Below are positions 13,230 through 25,476 of a stretch of 64,000 bases of DNA, piece after piece. This DNA is from Lytechinus pictus (taxonomy: Eukaryota): NCBI RefSeq assembly GCF_037042905.1, contig NC_087249.1, positions 8,000,001 to 8,064,000 on the forward strand, read 5' to 3'. Below the pieces are notes generated by a model. That model was not told the origin of the DNA and did no database searches. It saw only the letters and a program-made list of their open reading frames with translations. Position 1 is the first letter of the stretch; each line of letters starts with the position of its first letter. The position numbers and the translations under genes were made by a program.

Positions 13230-13868
13230 GTGTTTTAAAGATCACTGTACCTGAAGTATGTGTAGTTCTAAAAACCAGGAGATGGTTTATGAGAACAGTA
13301 GCAAAGCGATCTTCTGAACTGGTAAACTAGTTTTAGGGAAACCAGTTCAAGAAAGTATATTAATACTGAGAATGGGCTCTATGGCTTATACCGACCAGGA
13401 GCTCATGTCTCCATGGATAGACAGTGGGCAATTATAATGCATGTCTGAGTATGATCGAGAGCAACAGAGTTCAGCGTTATGCGTTATAAATCATCTTGAG
13501 GAGTTAATTATGGAGGCGTGACTGCTCACCTTGAGCCAATGTTCTAGCGATGTTCTCCGCGAGTTCATACGAGAGCTGAGATGATGATGAATGGGGGTAG
13601 CACCTCGGTCATCTCGTACAGATCCGCTTGGCTGCACTTTGTTCATGATGACATCCTGGCTGCATGTCATTTGTCATCATGCAATATGCTCCTACTGTTT
13701 GTCCTTGTGATGTACATCATGTACAAGTACATCTGTACAAGGATTGTATTGTCTTGCTAGATTCTGATTATTGTATAATGTTGTACATAATGTAGTCTTC
13801 TTGTCATAATTTGTACCCCCCCCCCCCCCCCCCCCCCGGAAATGATAGTGAATAAACTGAAATGAAAA
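13230..13868 (+). mobile_element. Possible highly decayed LINE (L2/CR1-like) 3' fragment
   Basis: Faint remnants resembling RT C-terminal words (Y.RP, IE/RVQ, LLTLSQ); ends in AATAAA then CTGAAATGAAA. Confidence 0.3.
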
Positions 13869-13875
13869 GGATCAG

Positions 13876-14097
13876 GTGGGTGTTTCACAAAGATTTAAGT
13901 ATGACCTAAGTCGCACTTTTTAATTGCTGGCATGCACATGATACATGTACAATCGCGCAATCTTATTGATGGATACGCGGTAGTGCGCGTTCCGTATGCA
14001 TGATCAGACCAATGTGGTGATGTCTTCTATATCGTACGTAACTTGGAATTGAAGTGCAACTTTAAGTCACACACTTAAGTCTTTGTGAAACACCCCC
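13876..14097. mobile_element. PIF/Harbinger-like MITE; second copy at 22255-22458
   Basis: TIRs GGGTGTTTCACAAAG / CTTTGTGAAACACC; 3-bp CAG duplication at both copies. Confidence 0.75.
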
Positions 14098-15440
14098 CAG
14101 ATGTAGTTATTTCATAATGTAGATCATCTTTGCAGTTTGGTTAATGATTTTGTACATTTCTTTCTGAAATGATACAGTATCCATCAGTCTTCATAATAAC
14201 AGCCTCATCCTATAAATGTCTGTCAGAAGAGAATCAATCCCGGCCTGTCAGCCCTGTAGCCAGGGTTTTTAATCAAGTGTTTGATTCCTTCTCTTCCTTG
14301 GTTGAAAAATTTGATGTCATTAGATAAACATTTTTGCTGTTTGATCCCCAAAAACTGTTTCCTTTCCCCATTTTTCCTTGCTTTGGAAAATTTAGATTTT
14401 GGGGGTTCAATCAACCCCCCCCCCCCCCCCATGGGCTTGCCATTGTATCACTATCATGAGAATACTTAATATGCACATGTTTGTTCTGTGCTTTTGATCT
14501 CATTTTATCAGTTTTGGTCAGGTAATACAAGTACTCTAATACCAATAGTCTGTTTACATTTCACATTCAGGTCATAGACAACTGTTTTCCATGAAATTCA
14601 TGATATCTCTTAAATTAAAGGGAAATGAGGTCTACATGTATATCATAGGCCTAGGCCCTCAAGCTCTCAAGGAAAGAAGGTTTAAAGAGGCTGATCTTCC
14701 TCAAGATATTCCCCTCATTTCTTTTCTTGTATTTGGATATGAATGGACAAGTATGTATGGTTATTCCACAGAAATCATATGGATAGGAATGGGTACATGT
14801 AAAGCTTGTTTGAAAAGAGCAAAAGGTTTTATAAAGTATAAAAGCAAGACACATTTACACATTGTCATTTTCCAAACTCACAGAAGAGTGTGCAATGTAT
14901 GTAACAGTGTTTTTTTTTTGTTATCCAAGAATTAGATGTATTTTTGGCTTATGATTTTGATGAAGTCTTTTCCTCCTCAAAATTAGAAGAAGATTTGAGT
15001 GTACCATATGTGTAGCCTGTACATGTGTGTAGGTCCATGGTACAAGCTACATGAACATGTATGTTCTTCATATACACCTAGCTACATGAACATGTATAGT
15101 TCATGTACATAGCTTGTACCATGGACCTACAAATGTACATGTACATGTGCTAGGCTTGGACACAATATAACGCCCACATCTTGCTTTGAATCTGTGTGCA
15201 GCCGTGCAGTACTACATGTTTGCCACGCAATTGTGGTCAAATTGTAATATGGCTCAAGGTGACTTTGATATGATTAAAGTTATTTCCGGATATGATGTCA
15301 TCTGAGTGGGATTTAGGATTCCTTTCTGTAGTTTGTTCATGGTTTTATCTCACAAAGTAAATATAATGTCTATTGGTTTCGTGGATTTAAATGAAAATGT
15401 TATATGGTGTACATGTCTAGGATTAAGGAGGATGCCTTAA

Positions 15441-16375
15441 GGACGTTCCACAGTTATATTTGTGCGCATTATGATCTGCGCATAGTTTACACTCTGCGCG
15501 CTGACGTCACAATGGATGAACAGGTATTAATTAGCTGCGGGTATGAGCTAATTTTTCTCATCTTCTGCACTTTAACTGCAGATCCGATGCGTTATTTCAT
15601 GAAGCTAAAAAATTGAATTATTCTATGGACCATTCAAAAAAATATTCTCTACAATTTCAAAATACTTTACTCTGCAGTGCTGCCAAGAATCACGAATATT
15701 AGCCCGAGTATGAATGAATGGTAGAGTGGTTTTGATTTTTTCTTCACATAGATACTAAGCATTCGGCCCATTTTTGGTGTTTTAAAAAGCACATTTGCTC
15801 TAATAAAAATGCTGATAGTTTAAAAACAAGCACATGAACCCCTATTTTTTAATGTTTCTACCTCTTAGGTATACCTTCCTCTACAACTCTGCAAATTTTG
15901 GTGAAAATGACATGGATTTTGAATAAAGTGCAGCATTTATTGTACGTTTGTAGTTTGTTACTGAAATTTTACATTTTTCAGATTGGGATTTTGTTATCTT
16001 TTACGCCATTTTTAAGAACTGACAGTGCTGTTAAACTTAAAATTACAAGCAAATAGCACTATTAAGAGATTCTCCATTCTAACGATACAATTATTAACTC
16101 TCTTGCGAAATTTGATGACTTTTTCATGTATTTTGAATGAGTAATGGAGGTTTAAACTCATTGTAGTAATCTTGGGCGGTCTAAAAATGCCAAATTCTTT
16201 TGAATGCGCAATTCTTAAGAACATCAATTTGGGTGAACTTTGAAGCTCTATTGCAAAAAATCAAGCACATGGACCTATGTTAATTTTTGCATATTTCGAA
16301 TATTAAGGTTCTAAAGTATCTATGTGCAAAGTTTGGTGAAAATGACATGGATTTCACTTTAACTGTGGAACGTCC
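15441..16375. mobile_element. Kolobok-like non-autonomous element (935 bp)
   Basis: TTAA|GGACGTTCCACAGTTA ... TAACTGTGGAACGTCC|TTAA; perfect 16-bp TIRs. Confidence 0.85.
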
Positions 16376-18528
16376 TTAAATGAAGTTATCTCTTCCATAC
16401 ATGTACATGTACAGGCCTGTAAATTGGCATACATGTATGCTACATGTAGGCAGATGTAGTTTGCACAAAAGTGCACAGAACAGTAAAAATTGAATTTTTT
16501 GGAATGATTATTAAACTTGCCTGATTTTAACCCCCAAACCATAACTTTTATGATTGTCATTCTATGCTAATCTTAGTGGCTTCTACAGTTTACCATTAAA
16601 AACTGAATTTATATCTTGAACAAATGTCAACAACAGGAAAATTGAATGGTGCAATATAATGATATTTTGAAAAACAAAAATGAATATGAATGAGGTCAGG
16701 ATGAGTGGTAGTTATTTTCATCTTATTTCTTCTGCATCCATGGGGAGAGAAATTTTCAATAATTCAATATTGAGAGCTGCAAAGATCTTTGAAATACCTG
16801 AGTTTTTTGTTTTTTTTAAGAGGGGGGGGGGTCTTTGTTAGTAATAGAGAGAGAGTTACAATGATTCTGTTCATTATTGTTTTTTTAAGCATTTTTTTGG
16901 TCTAATTGTCAGTTATTAACATAATCATTAGGTGAATAATTCTAACATTATGAGAGCTATATTCATGTGTAATATATGAAGTGCCTGAAGTATAGGACCG
17001 ATCTACATGTATTCATGTAATAGATGATTCAGCACTGAGCTCATTAAAGGTGTATATTTGAGCTGGTGGATTGTGATGATTAGTAACGCTGGATACCTGA
17101 GGCAAGGTCATCTAGGCTCTTACATGTAGCTCCAACACTGACCTGGGAATAGATGATAGTGCAGTACATACACAGTATGATACTGTTTATATGAGATCTA
17201 CTTTTGGCCAGTTTGTACTGTAGGCCGACTTCTGTGTACATACTGGCTTTATATTAAAATGAAGCATGATGTGTCAAAATGAACATTTTTTTTTATTTCA
17301 GGGAGGTTTCACTGTCAGAAATAAAGCTATGGAAGTTGAAGTAAAAAAATGAATTAAAATACTCTGCCCTATGCTGGAAGATATTCTATATGTATGTACA
17401 TGTATGCAGGCCTTCATGTAGGCCTACAATGGACTGTACGCCATCTCTGATCTAGCTGTAATTCACAAGTGATACGTCTACTAGTATCATAAAATGAGAC
17501 ACAGATAACATGTACCTCAGTACCTGTAGGTCTAAAGAAGTATATTCAAGGTAAAATGCAGTGTGCACAGACTGGGTGTGAATTCAGACTGTCTGGGTCT
17601 CTGTGAATGCTCTAATGAACTTCTATTGATTCTAGGTCTTTGTAGTCTGTTCTGGGAAGGATGGATTAGGCAAATAGGCAGGTCTGTCTAGAGAGTAGAG
17701 GTCATTCGTATTGGTGCCATATAAAGAATTATGTAATAATTGGTCAAACTTCATCTTTTCAAAAAAGTTGGTAGCAAATTTATACAATATCTGCCCTGCA
17801 TATTTATTTTGACCTTCCATAAATTCTGTTCTCATCTAATTTTCTAAAACTAGTTTTCGCTTCTATAAACTGATTGGAAGATTGCTTTGCTAGCATTCCT
17901 ATCTGATCATCTGTGAAGTGGTTTTCGGAACCATTTCACAGAAAGTGATCTTGTTGCTATGGAAACGCTCTCAACGTTCATGGGAAGTTTGAAAATGCAG
18001 CGTAGGCATTCGACACATGCTGTTGGGAGTAGCCCGCCCAAGATCGCTTCTGTGAGAACAGTTGTGTCCACACTTAAAGCGAGGCAAAGGGGTCTTATGA
18101 ACCAAAATTGGGAGGTGGTTTTCCAAACTGGTTTGGAAGATCGCTTCCAAGTCCACGTCGAGCGTTCCCATATCCCATTACACGTTTGTTTAGTTTCCAC
18201 TAAACGAGTTGTAATGAGAACGGCGTCTAAGTCATTTAATTGCCTAAATACATGTACAGTGTAGATACCAGAATATGCAAAACATTTCTTTAAAAAAAAA
18301 CATTTAATTTTACCCAATGCTAGCAGATCTATGTGATCCCAAGATATTCAACTTATTAGTAGAGTCATATGTTTCAAAATATGTCTTTCTACATTATTAA
18401 TTATTTTATCTGACATTTTGATTTTCTCCTGTGCCATAGGAATCGTATAAAAATCTGTTAAACTATATAGTAAACATATATTAATAAATAAGCCAAATTA
18501 AATGGGTTTTTTTCTACATTATTGATGA

Positions 18529-18720
<192 letters not shown>

Positions 18721-19243
18721 TGAAGCAAAGCTGGGGTATTGCAAGAAATGTATTTGCAAATTTACAATTTATAGATCAATTTTAACTATAGCAAATGGCG
18801 CCAATTGAGCTAGCCGCTGAGCAGTTCATAAAGGGCGCACACTGGAACGAAGAACCACAAATTTTGATGGTCTCCGGAATGGAAAAAATTGGGAATTCCA
18901 TGGCTTTCTAAATTGGTAATGCTCTGGACATGGAAATTTAGGTTGAAAATGGGGTTCTCGTCCATGGCACATATTTAAGTATTTAAGTGACCAACCCTCC
19001 CCCACCCCCAGTACCTGGGAGAGTTACTGCGAGGAGAACCTGCTGCCGATACCCATTTACCTCACCTAGGTTGAGTACAGCACAATTTGGATCAACGTCT
19101 TGCTGAAGAAAATTACACCATGGCTGGGATTTGAACCTCCAAGTCACCTGCATTCTTAATGAGTTGTGTGTTTTACCATGCTATGTATGTATGTAGGTCT
19201 GATGGTTTACTAAATGTCTCCTTCCATTCATTCACTCACCTAG

Positions 19244-19400
19244 ATGGCCTTCCTTGGTTGGTGTATGGCTCCCATCTCAAGCAACGGCTCTCAGTTCCTG
19301 TACCACCGCTTCATCAAACCTTTCATCCTGAAGCACCAGGCTGAGATCGAGGACTCGCTTGACAAGGTTACAGATATCGCCAGCTCCACGTTGAGTGAAG
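19244..19400 (+). CDS. REEP5: REEP5/6 exon 4 (MAFLGWCMAPISSNGSQFLYHRFIKPFILKHQAEIEDSLDKVTDIASSTLSE)
   Basis: WCMAP..NG..LY.RFI.PF motif; ctag| acceptor, GAAG|gtaaga donor, phase 0 to 1. Confidence 0.95.
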
Positions 19401-19409
19401 GTAAGACAT

Positions 19410-19679
19410 GGCCCCCGTCATACAAAGAGTTCGGATTGATCCAATCAACCACAACTACGGAAAGCAAGCAACGTCAACATCTAAAATGCATGTTTATTCA
19501 TGATATCTTCTAGATACGATGTATATTCATACATTCGTGGTTTACTTGAAATTCAGTGCAAGCTCCTCTTTGTTTACAAAGAACATTGTGCAAATTTCCT
19601 TTAAGAAAAATTATGACATTGATGGATTTCCAGACAGTTGAGGTCAATCGGATCAATGGCATCTCTATAAGTCGGGACC
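19410..19679. mobile_element. Harbinger-like MITE about 10 nt after the REEP5 exon-4 donor; inverted relative at 60864-61103
   Basis: GGCCCC(C)GTC-type TIRs; shared interior in opposite orientation; CAG TSD at the second copy. Confidence 0.7.
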
Positions 19680-20359
19680 TTGGTGTTGAAATGCCATTTC
19701 ATTGCCTTGCTTTAGCTACAGTATCCAAACAATTAATCAAACAGATAGGTCCTAACAAAAAAGTTGTAGCTTAGATTATTGATTTGTATTAACGTCCTGT
19801 AATCAATGTGCTGCACGGGTAAGGATAAGAAAGTTTTGCTTCCAGAAATTGTGAGAAATTACCCGTTTTAATGTGAATCCAAGAGTAGCCCCATTGGACC
19901 ATTTATGAAAGTTTTATAGGATTCAGGATTTCATGAATTTGCTCTCTGTGGAACCCGTTCATTGCAGGCAAGATTGCTTGTAAGATGTGAAATCTAAAAA
20001 TGAAAGCTGGATGACACAAAATATAAAATAGCATATGTGCTGTTTATACATTGGGGATTTTTTTTTTACTCCTCACTTTTTCAAGCAAAAGTTTGTTTGT
20101 ACACACATGTAGAGGAAGAATCTCACTTTAATGCAATGGAAATATATTTTTTCTGAAAAACAATGTTTGTTATGCAAATTATGTTAATTTGGAAAGCAGA
20201 TTTGAGGCATATTTCCTGTTTGCTTCACTGTACAACCCATTTGCATGCATGGGTGGTGCATGCACGAATGCTACAGTACAAAGTAATCATCCTAATTATG
20301 AATGTATATTAATCCTAATAATGATAATGTTATGCTGTATTGTTGTGTGACTTCCCCAG

Positions 20360-20380
20360 CGTTCAAGGGTTTGAGCGAAG
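20360..20380 (+). CDS. REEP5: Candidate 21-nt symmetric microexon of REEP5 (adds AFKGLSE)
   Basis: cttccccag|CGTTCAAGGGTTTGAGCGAAG|gtaggc; phase 1-1; no stop. Confidence 0.62.
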
Positions 20381-22547
20381 GTAGGCAAATATAGAACCTT
20401 AAATACTGCACTGATGAATGGGTTATGACGATATGGTTTTCTGCACAGATCTCATTCGACTACGTGAGATTAAACCATGCATGTATCTTCTGATCATTCG
20501 ACATGGGACTGTACCGCATTGCTCATTGGAGATTATGCAAGATTAAATTGCATTTTCTCAAGCCCTTGATCCAGTAGTTTGCACCTTTATCAATTAATAA
20601 AGCACTCATTTGCATTTTTTCCATGTGAATGATTCATGCATGCATGGAGTGAACAAATAGATCCATCAAGGCCTACTCTGCACATGCAACATGTAAAATG
20701 TAAATCATGTCGACGTATGAAGCCGCACTCTGAAATTTGATGGCAAATTGCAGTGAAATCTCAAAAACATGCTGGTAGGCTGAAACTACTTTTGAGGTAC
20801 TTTGTCTGCCTGACATGCTTTGAAATAAATACACCTACTTATCGAAGGCCACAGCATTTCTGTGGTTGATTTGGAGTTTTCAGCAGAAACTTAAAAATAA
20901 AAAATGGGCATAAAACTTATTAAAACATAATAGTTATATAATTGAAGTGACACAAGTAAAAAAAGAAAACAAACAGTGATGTGAAAAGAGGTTTCTGAAA
21001 CATAAATTAAAATTAGAATTATTGTTGGTTATCCTAAGTACACAGAATGACTGCGTGCATGGCATTCGACAATGTCATTTTGAGAAGAATGCAAAATCAT
21101 CCATTGCACATGAATGTGTCAAGAATGTACAACATGTACATATAGGGTACTCTGTACCCTACATGTATATGTTTACATTATTTGTTCCACCCTTTTCCCC
21201 TATCATATTAAAGCCCTGAAATACATCTTGGTCAATTTTAATTTGATTAATGAAAATAATTTCATTTTAATAAGGATTAGTGAAGGGGAATGGGATCGAG
21301 GGGTGTTTGGGTACTTATTAAAAAAAATTGTCTTTAGTTCTCCCTGAAAATATGATCGAAGATACAGGTACCACCAACAAAATTGACATTTTTTGAAAAT
21401 TTATACAACTATAAAATTGTTTACATTTAGAATACATACATGTAAGATATGACTTTGGCTTTAAATGAGGTTGATAGTTGATTATTTTCCATATAAAAAC
21501 TGATTCAGCCATGGAATGAAAATAACCATAATACACCTTGAGTGCGTAATTAAATTACAGTGTATGGGGAATATTTGCCAATAATGATAAGTGAAATTGT
21601 GGTTTACATGCACACCAGTACAACTTGTAAATCATTTAGGATTATGCTGGTAAGTTTATTCCAAGTCTGTCACCTTTCCATACTCTATCAAACTACATGT
21701 ATGATTGGTTTATTATAGTATAAAGTTGTTCATGTAATTACCACACAACATGTCGAATGAAAGCAAAAATTCTGTTTCCTAATAATACATGTAGCTTAAA
21801 GAATAAAAGAGAAAAATATATTAGCTTTGAAAGTTGCATGACAGTATTAAAGAATAGTGGTCCGGAAAGGGATTTTGGGTGATTTTTCAGTTAAAAGGTC
21901 TAAAACGAACTGTTGGTCTTGATGTCTGGAGCAGTACATGTATTTTCATATCGGGATAAAAAAATATGCCAGCCCACGTGCTTGGCTTTTATCTACATGT
22001 AGTGCACATTTAAAATGACAATGCCGTTTTACATGTACGCCGTATAAAATGGGTATACCATGTAATATATCAGAGAGGATTTTATATTAAAGCTACATGA
22101 ACTGTGTAGTCAAATGAGGCAAAGTCCAAAGTGATTTTAGAGACGATATGTTTGCACTAATGTGGGTGGAGGGTGTGGAATTATTCAATTTGAGAATCGG
22201 TCCAAAATGAGGCATGCAGTAAGGTGCATTGCTTATCTCTTTACATATCATCAGGGGGGTGTTTCACAAATCAAGTATGACAGTCGCACTTACAAGCCTA
22301 GTTGCATGCGTTATAAAAGGCATGACCGCATTGGTCATAACATGCCAAGAGGCCACGCACTACTGCGTATTGACCAATAAGATTGTGCATTTCATATCGT
22401 GTACACGACAGCATTTAAGTGCAACTTAAGTCATACTTAAATCTTTGTGAAACACCTCCAGGTTTACTTACAAGGCATTTTGAATTGCATTTTGTTACAA
22501 ATACAATTGAGCCTTTTTCATTCATTTTTGTGTCAAATTTTATCTAT

Positions 22548-25476
22548 GGGCATTTTCACCACAGATGGACACAGAGGCAAAAAAATCAAGTTGATATTCA
22601 TGTCAAATGCTTTATGTTTTTTAATAAAACAAGACCTGAAGTTTTAGAGACAAATTTTTTTTCTGACTCTGGCAGCCATTTTTTATTTCAAAATGGCTGC
22701 CAAAGTATGGATACAAATTAGTGTTGAAAATAGTATATTGATACATATTTTGTTTTGACAGATTTTTAAAGAACAGGTTTGATCATGATGTTTTCGCCTG
22801 TGATTTAGCTTGCTATTATAACACTTTTTAAAATCCCACAGAAAGAAACACCAGTAATTCATTCATCTGATAAAAAAACATTGATGAAGTATGTGATATG
22901 GTATGTAATGTCAGTTACCGAAAACATGAACTTTTTTTTCTCATTTCCTGGAAAAGAGGATATATTATATGAAACTTGGTAGATTTCCTCTCTAGGTAAC
23001 ACCCCTCCCTTCTACACCAAAATTAAAGATTACCAATTAACAATGAAGCCATAGGGTACCATTAAATATATGTAATGTCAGTTACCAAGTGGAAAATGTA
23101 ATGTCAGTTACCGAGATGTAATGTCAGTTACCATGATAAAACGTTGGTTACCAATATTGAAATGCAAATATGTGGTCAATTTTATGGTGAAGAAATATTA
23201 TATACTTGTTATTTAAAGGAGAATGAAACCCTTGAAACCAGCTGAATCCATATCAAAGAGAAAAACCAAAGAAACATATTGTTCAAAGTTTGAGGAAGAT
23301 TGAATGAATAATAAGAAAGTTATGAGCATTTGAATATTGAGATCACTAATGCCATGTAGATCCTCCAATTGGCAATGCGACCAAGATCTGTGATGTCACA
23401 AACGTACAACTCCCTCATTACTTTAGTACTTATTTCAATTATATTCTCACTTTTATAGAGTCTATCACAAGGTGAGGTGTTCTCTTTATGAGAGGACAAG
23501 TACAGAGGTTTCACAACATTATATCATTGATGAATCGTTTGTCATATGATTAGAATGAGCAAAAAGAGATGTTTTGGGGTATATTTTCAGTGTTCAAAAG
23601 GGGAGAGTTGTTCATCTGTGACATCATAGATCTTGGTCGCATTGCCAATTGGAGGATCTCCATAGCATTAGTGATCTCGACATTCAAATGCTCATAACTC
23701 TTCTATTGCTAGTCCTATTTTACTCAAACTTTTGTTGATCTTATTCTTTGATTTTACTGCTTTCACAAAAGCTAACTTGCTCCAAGAGTTTCATTTTCCT
23801 TTAAGTCTTTCACTTTAAAAGTCACACCAGAAGGATCTTGCTATTGACTTTTAAAAGGTATAGTTCACATGGAATACTATATGAAATTGTGAAGGAAGTT
23901 GCATTCCCATCGTGCAAAAAAAAATTACTATGAAATTGTTTTGTACATGCACTTACCAAGTACCTATGTTTGTATCAGACAATTTTTTTATTGTTTTTCG
24001 GGAAGGGGGGGGGGGGGTAGGGGGTACTTTTCCCAACCTATTGCCTAAATCTGCAACATTTTTTAAGCTTAACATTGTGATGAAGGGGATTTCCAGGGTC
24101 TCTTTTTTAGTTTCTAGGATTTTTTTTAGCATTGCCTCGCTAAAAGTAAATTCCTGGTTTTTATACCTGTTAGTAGTGTGGATGTGTGATACAATTTTGT
24201 TTTTGGTTTACAAGTATAGATGAAAAGTGAAATTTGACATTTCTGATCAATGTTTGACATTTCTGATCTACTAAAACTGTGGGTTTTTTTCTTCTAATTT
24301 ACAAATAGTTCAGTTTCAGTTTAGAAGCTGGAGTTTATTTTTTGTTGACAGCTTATAAAAGAAATTAGCAAAGGAAATGATTAAACAAATTATGAAGAGA
24401 ATTGAAATCCGACAGATATGAACAAGCATTGCTTGCACTGACCAGAATAGAAATCAATAAAACTACATGGCTGCATGAGATTCGGGGGAGGGGTACATGT
24501 AGCCTAGGGGAGGAGACCCTTATTCATTTTGCCTTTTTTGAGGGGAGGGGGAGGTTGGAGAAGGAAAAGGTTTAAAAAGTCAATATAAAACTGATGAATA
24601 TATTATGGGTGTATAGTCAGAAAAATCCATGTGTACAGTCAATGCAATATTAAATTACTATAGGAAAACATGTAGCTGCTATGACCCCCCCCCCCCCCCC
24701 CCCCCCGAGTAAGTAAAACATACTTTCTTATCTTTGGATAATTAAAAATGTGAAGTATTATGAAAATTTTATGATTTTAAAAAGCCTTACATATAAGTAC
24801 CAAGAAAATTATGCCTTTGAAAATCATATAGCACTGGTAAATGTTAATGTGTATTGTCAGTTTCCGACAAGTAATGATAAAAATGTTTAAATCAAAGAAA
24901 GGAATTAAGAAAAAGAAAAAGTTTTTTCATTGAAATGTTCCTAAAAACTCGGGTATACTTCCACATCAAGCTCACTTTCATGTGAAGCCCTGCACAGAAG
25001 ATACAATGCAATGATTCCACACATTTGACTTCCATGTGTTATCTCTATGGCAAATTAAGTGTAATGTCAGTTACCGTAATGTCAGTTACCAGCATGGTTG
25101 TCGAAAAATGATCATAGTCCCCAAAAGACAAAAACAAATTGTTTAATATTTTGACACATCTTAACCTAGTAACGGAGGTATATTTACATATTCAAATTAT
25201 TACTCTATCTACTCAGGGACATCAGATATTTCAATTTTAATGAACACCCTGAAATTGCATGTCCTTTTGCGTAATGTCAGTTACCGACACATTTTTGCTT
25301 GCTGATGCGTAAAAAAATGTGGTTACATAGGAAAACTTAGTATCAGAGTATACAGCAAGGTTCACTTTATTAACTCTATCAAAAGCAAACTCCCATAATT
25401 TGTTGTTTTAGAGATACACGCAATGAAAGGTGCGAAAACATTGTGCCGTGTAATGTCAGTTACCATGAAAATGCCC
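22548..25476. mobile_element. 2.9-kb non-autonomous DNA transposon (Sola2-like), 4-bp TSD
   Basis: CTAT|GGGCATTTTCA ... TGAAAATGCCC|CTAT; nine GTAATGTCAGTTACC motifs (one degenerate). Confidence 0.75.
23217..23800. mobile_element. Kolobok-like MITE, family A copy 2, nested in the 22548-25476 element
   Basis: Same length, orientation and TTAA flanks as copy 1. Confidence 0.85.

Noticed and set aside
17302..17340. 39-nt symmetric cassette exon in REEP5 intron 2
   Set aside because: Weak donor (GAA|gtaaaa) and it would split the conserved YPAYxS-xKAIES motif
17907..18317. 136-aa and 101-aa overlapping ORFs
   Set aside because: Repeat-derived (inverted relative near 12140-12240); no protein family signal
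22905..25464. GTAATGTCAGTTACC repeats as a CRISPR-like array
   Set aside because: Only 15 bp, spacing from 0 to more than 1700 bp, eukaryotic context, no cas genes; they lie inside a TIR/TSD-bounded element
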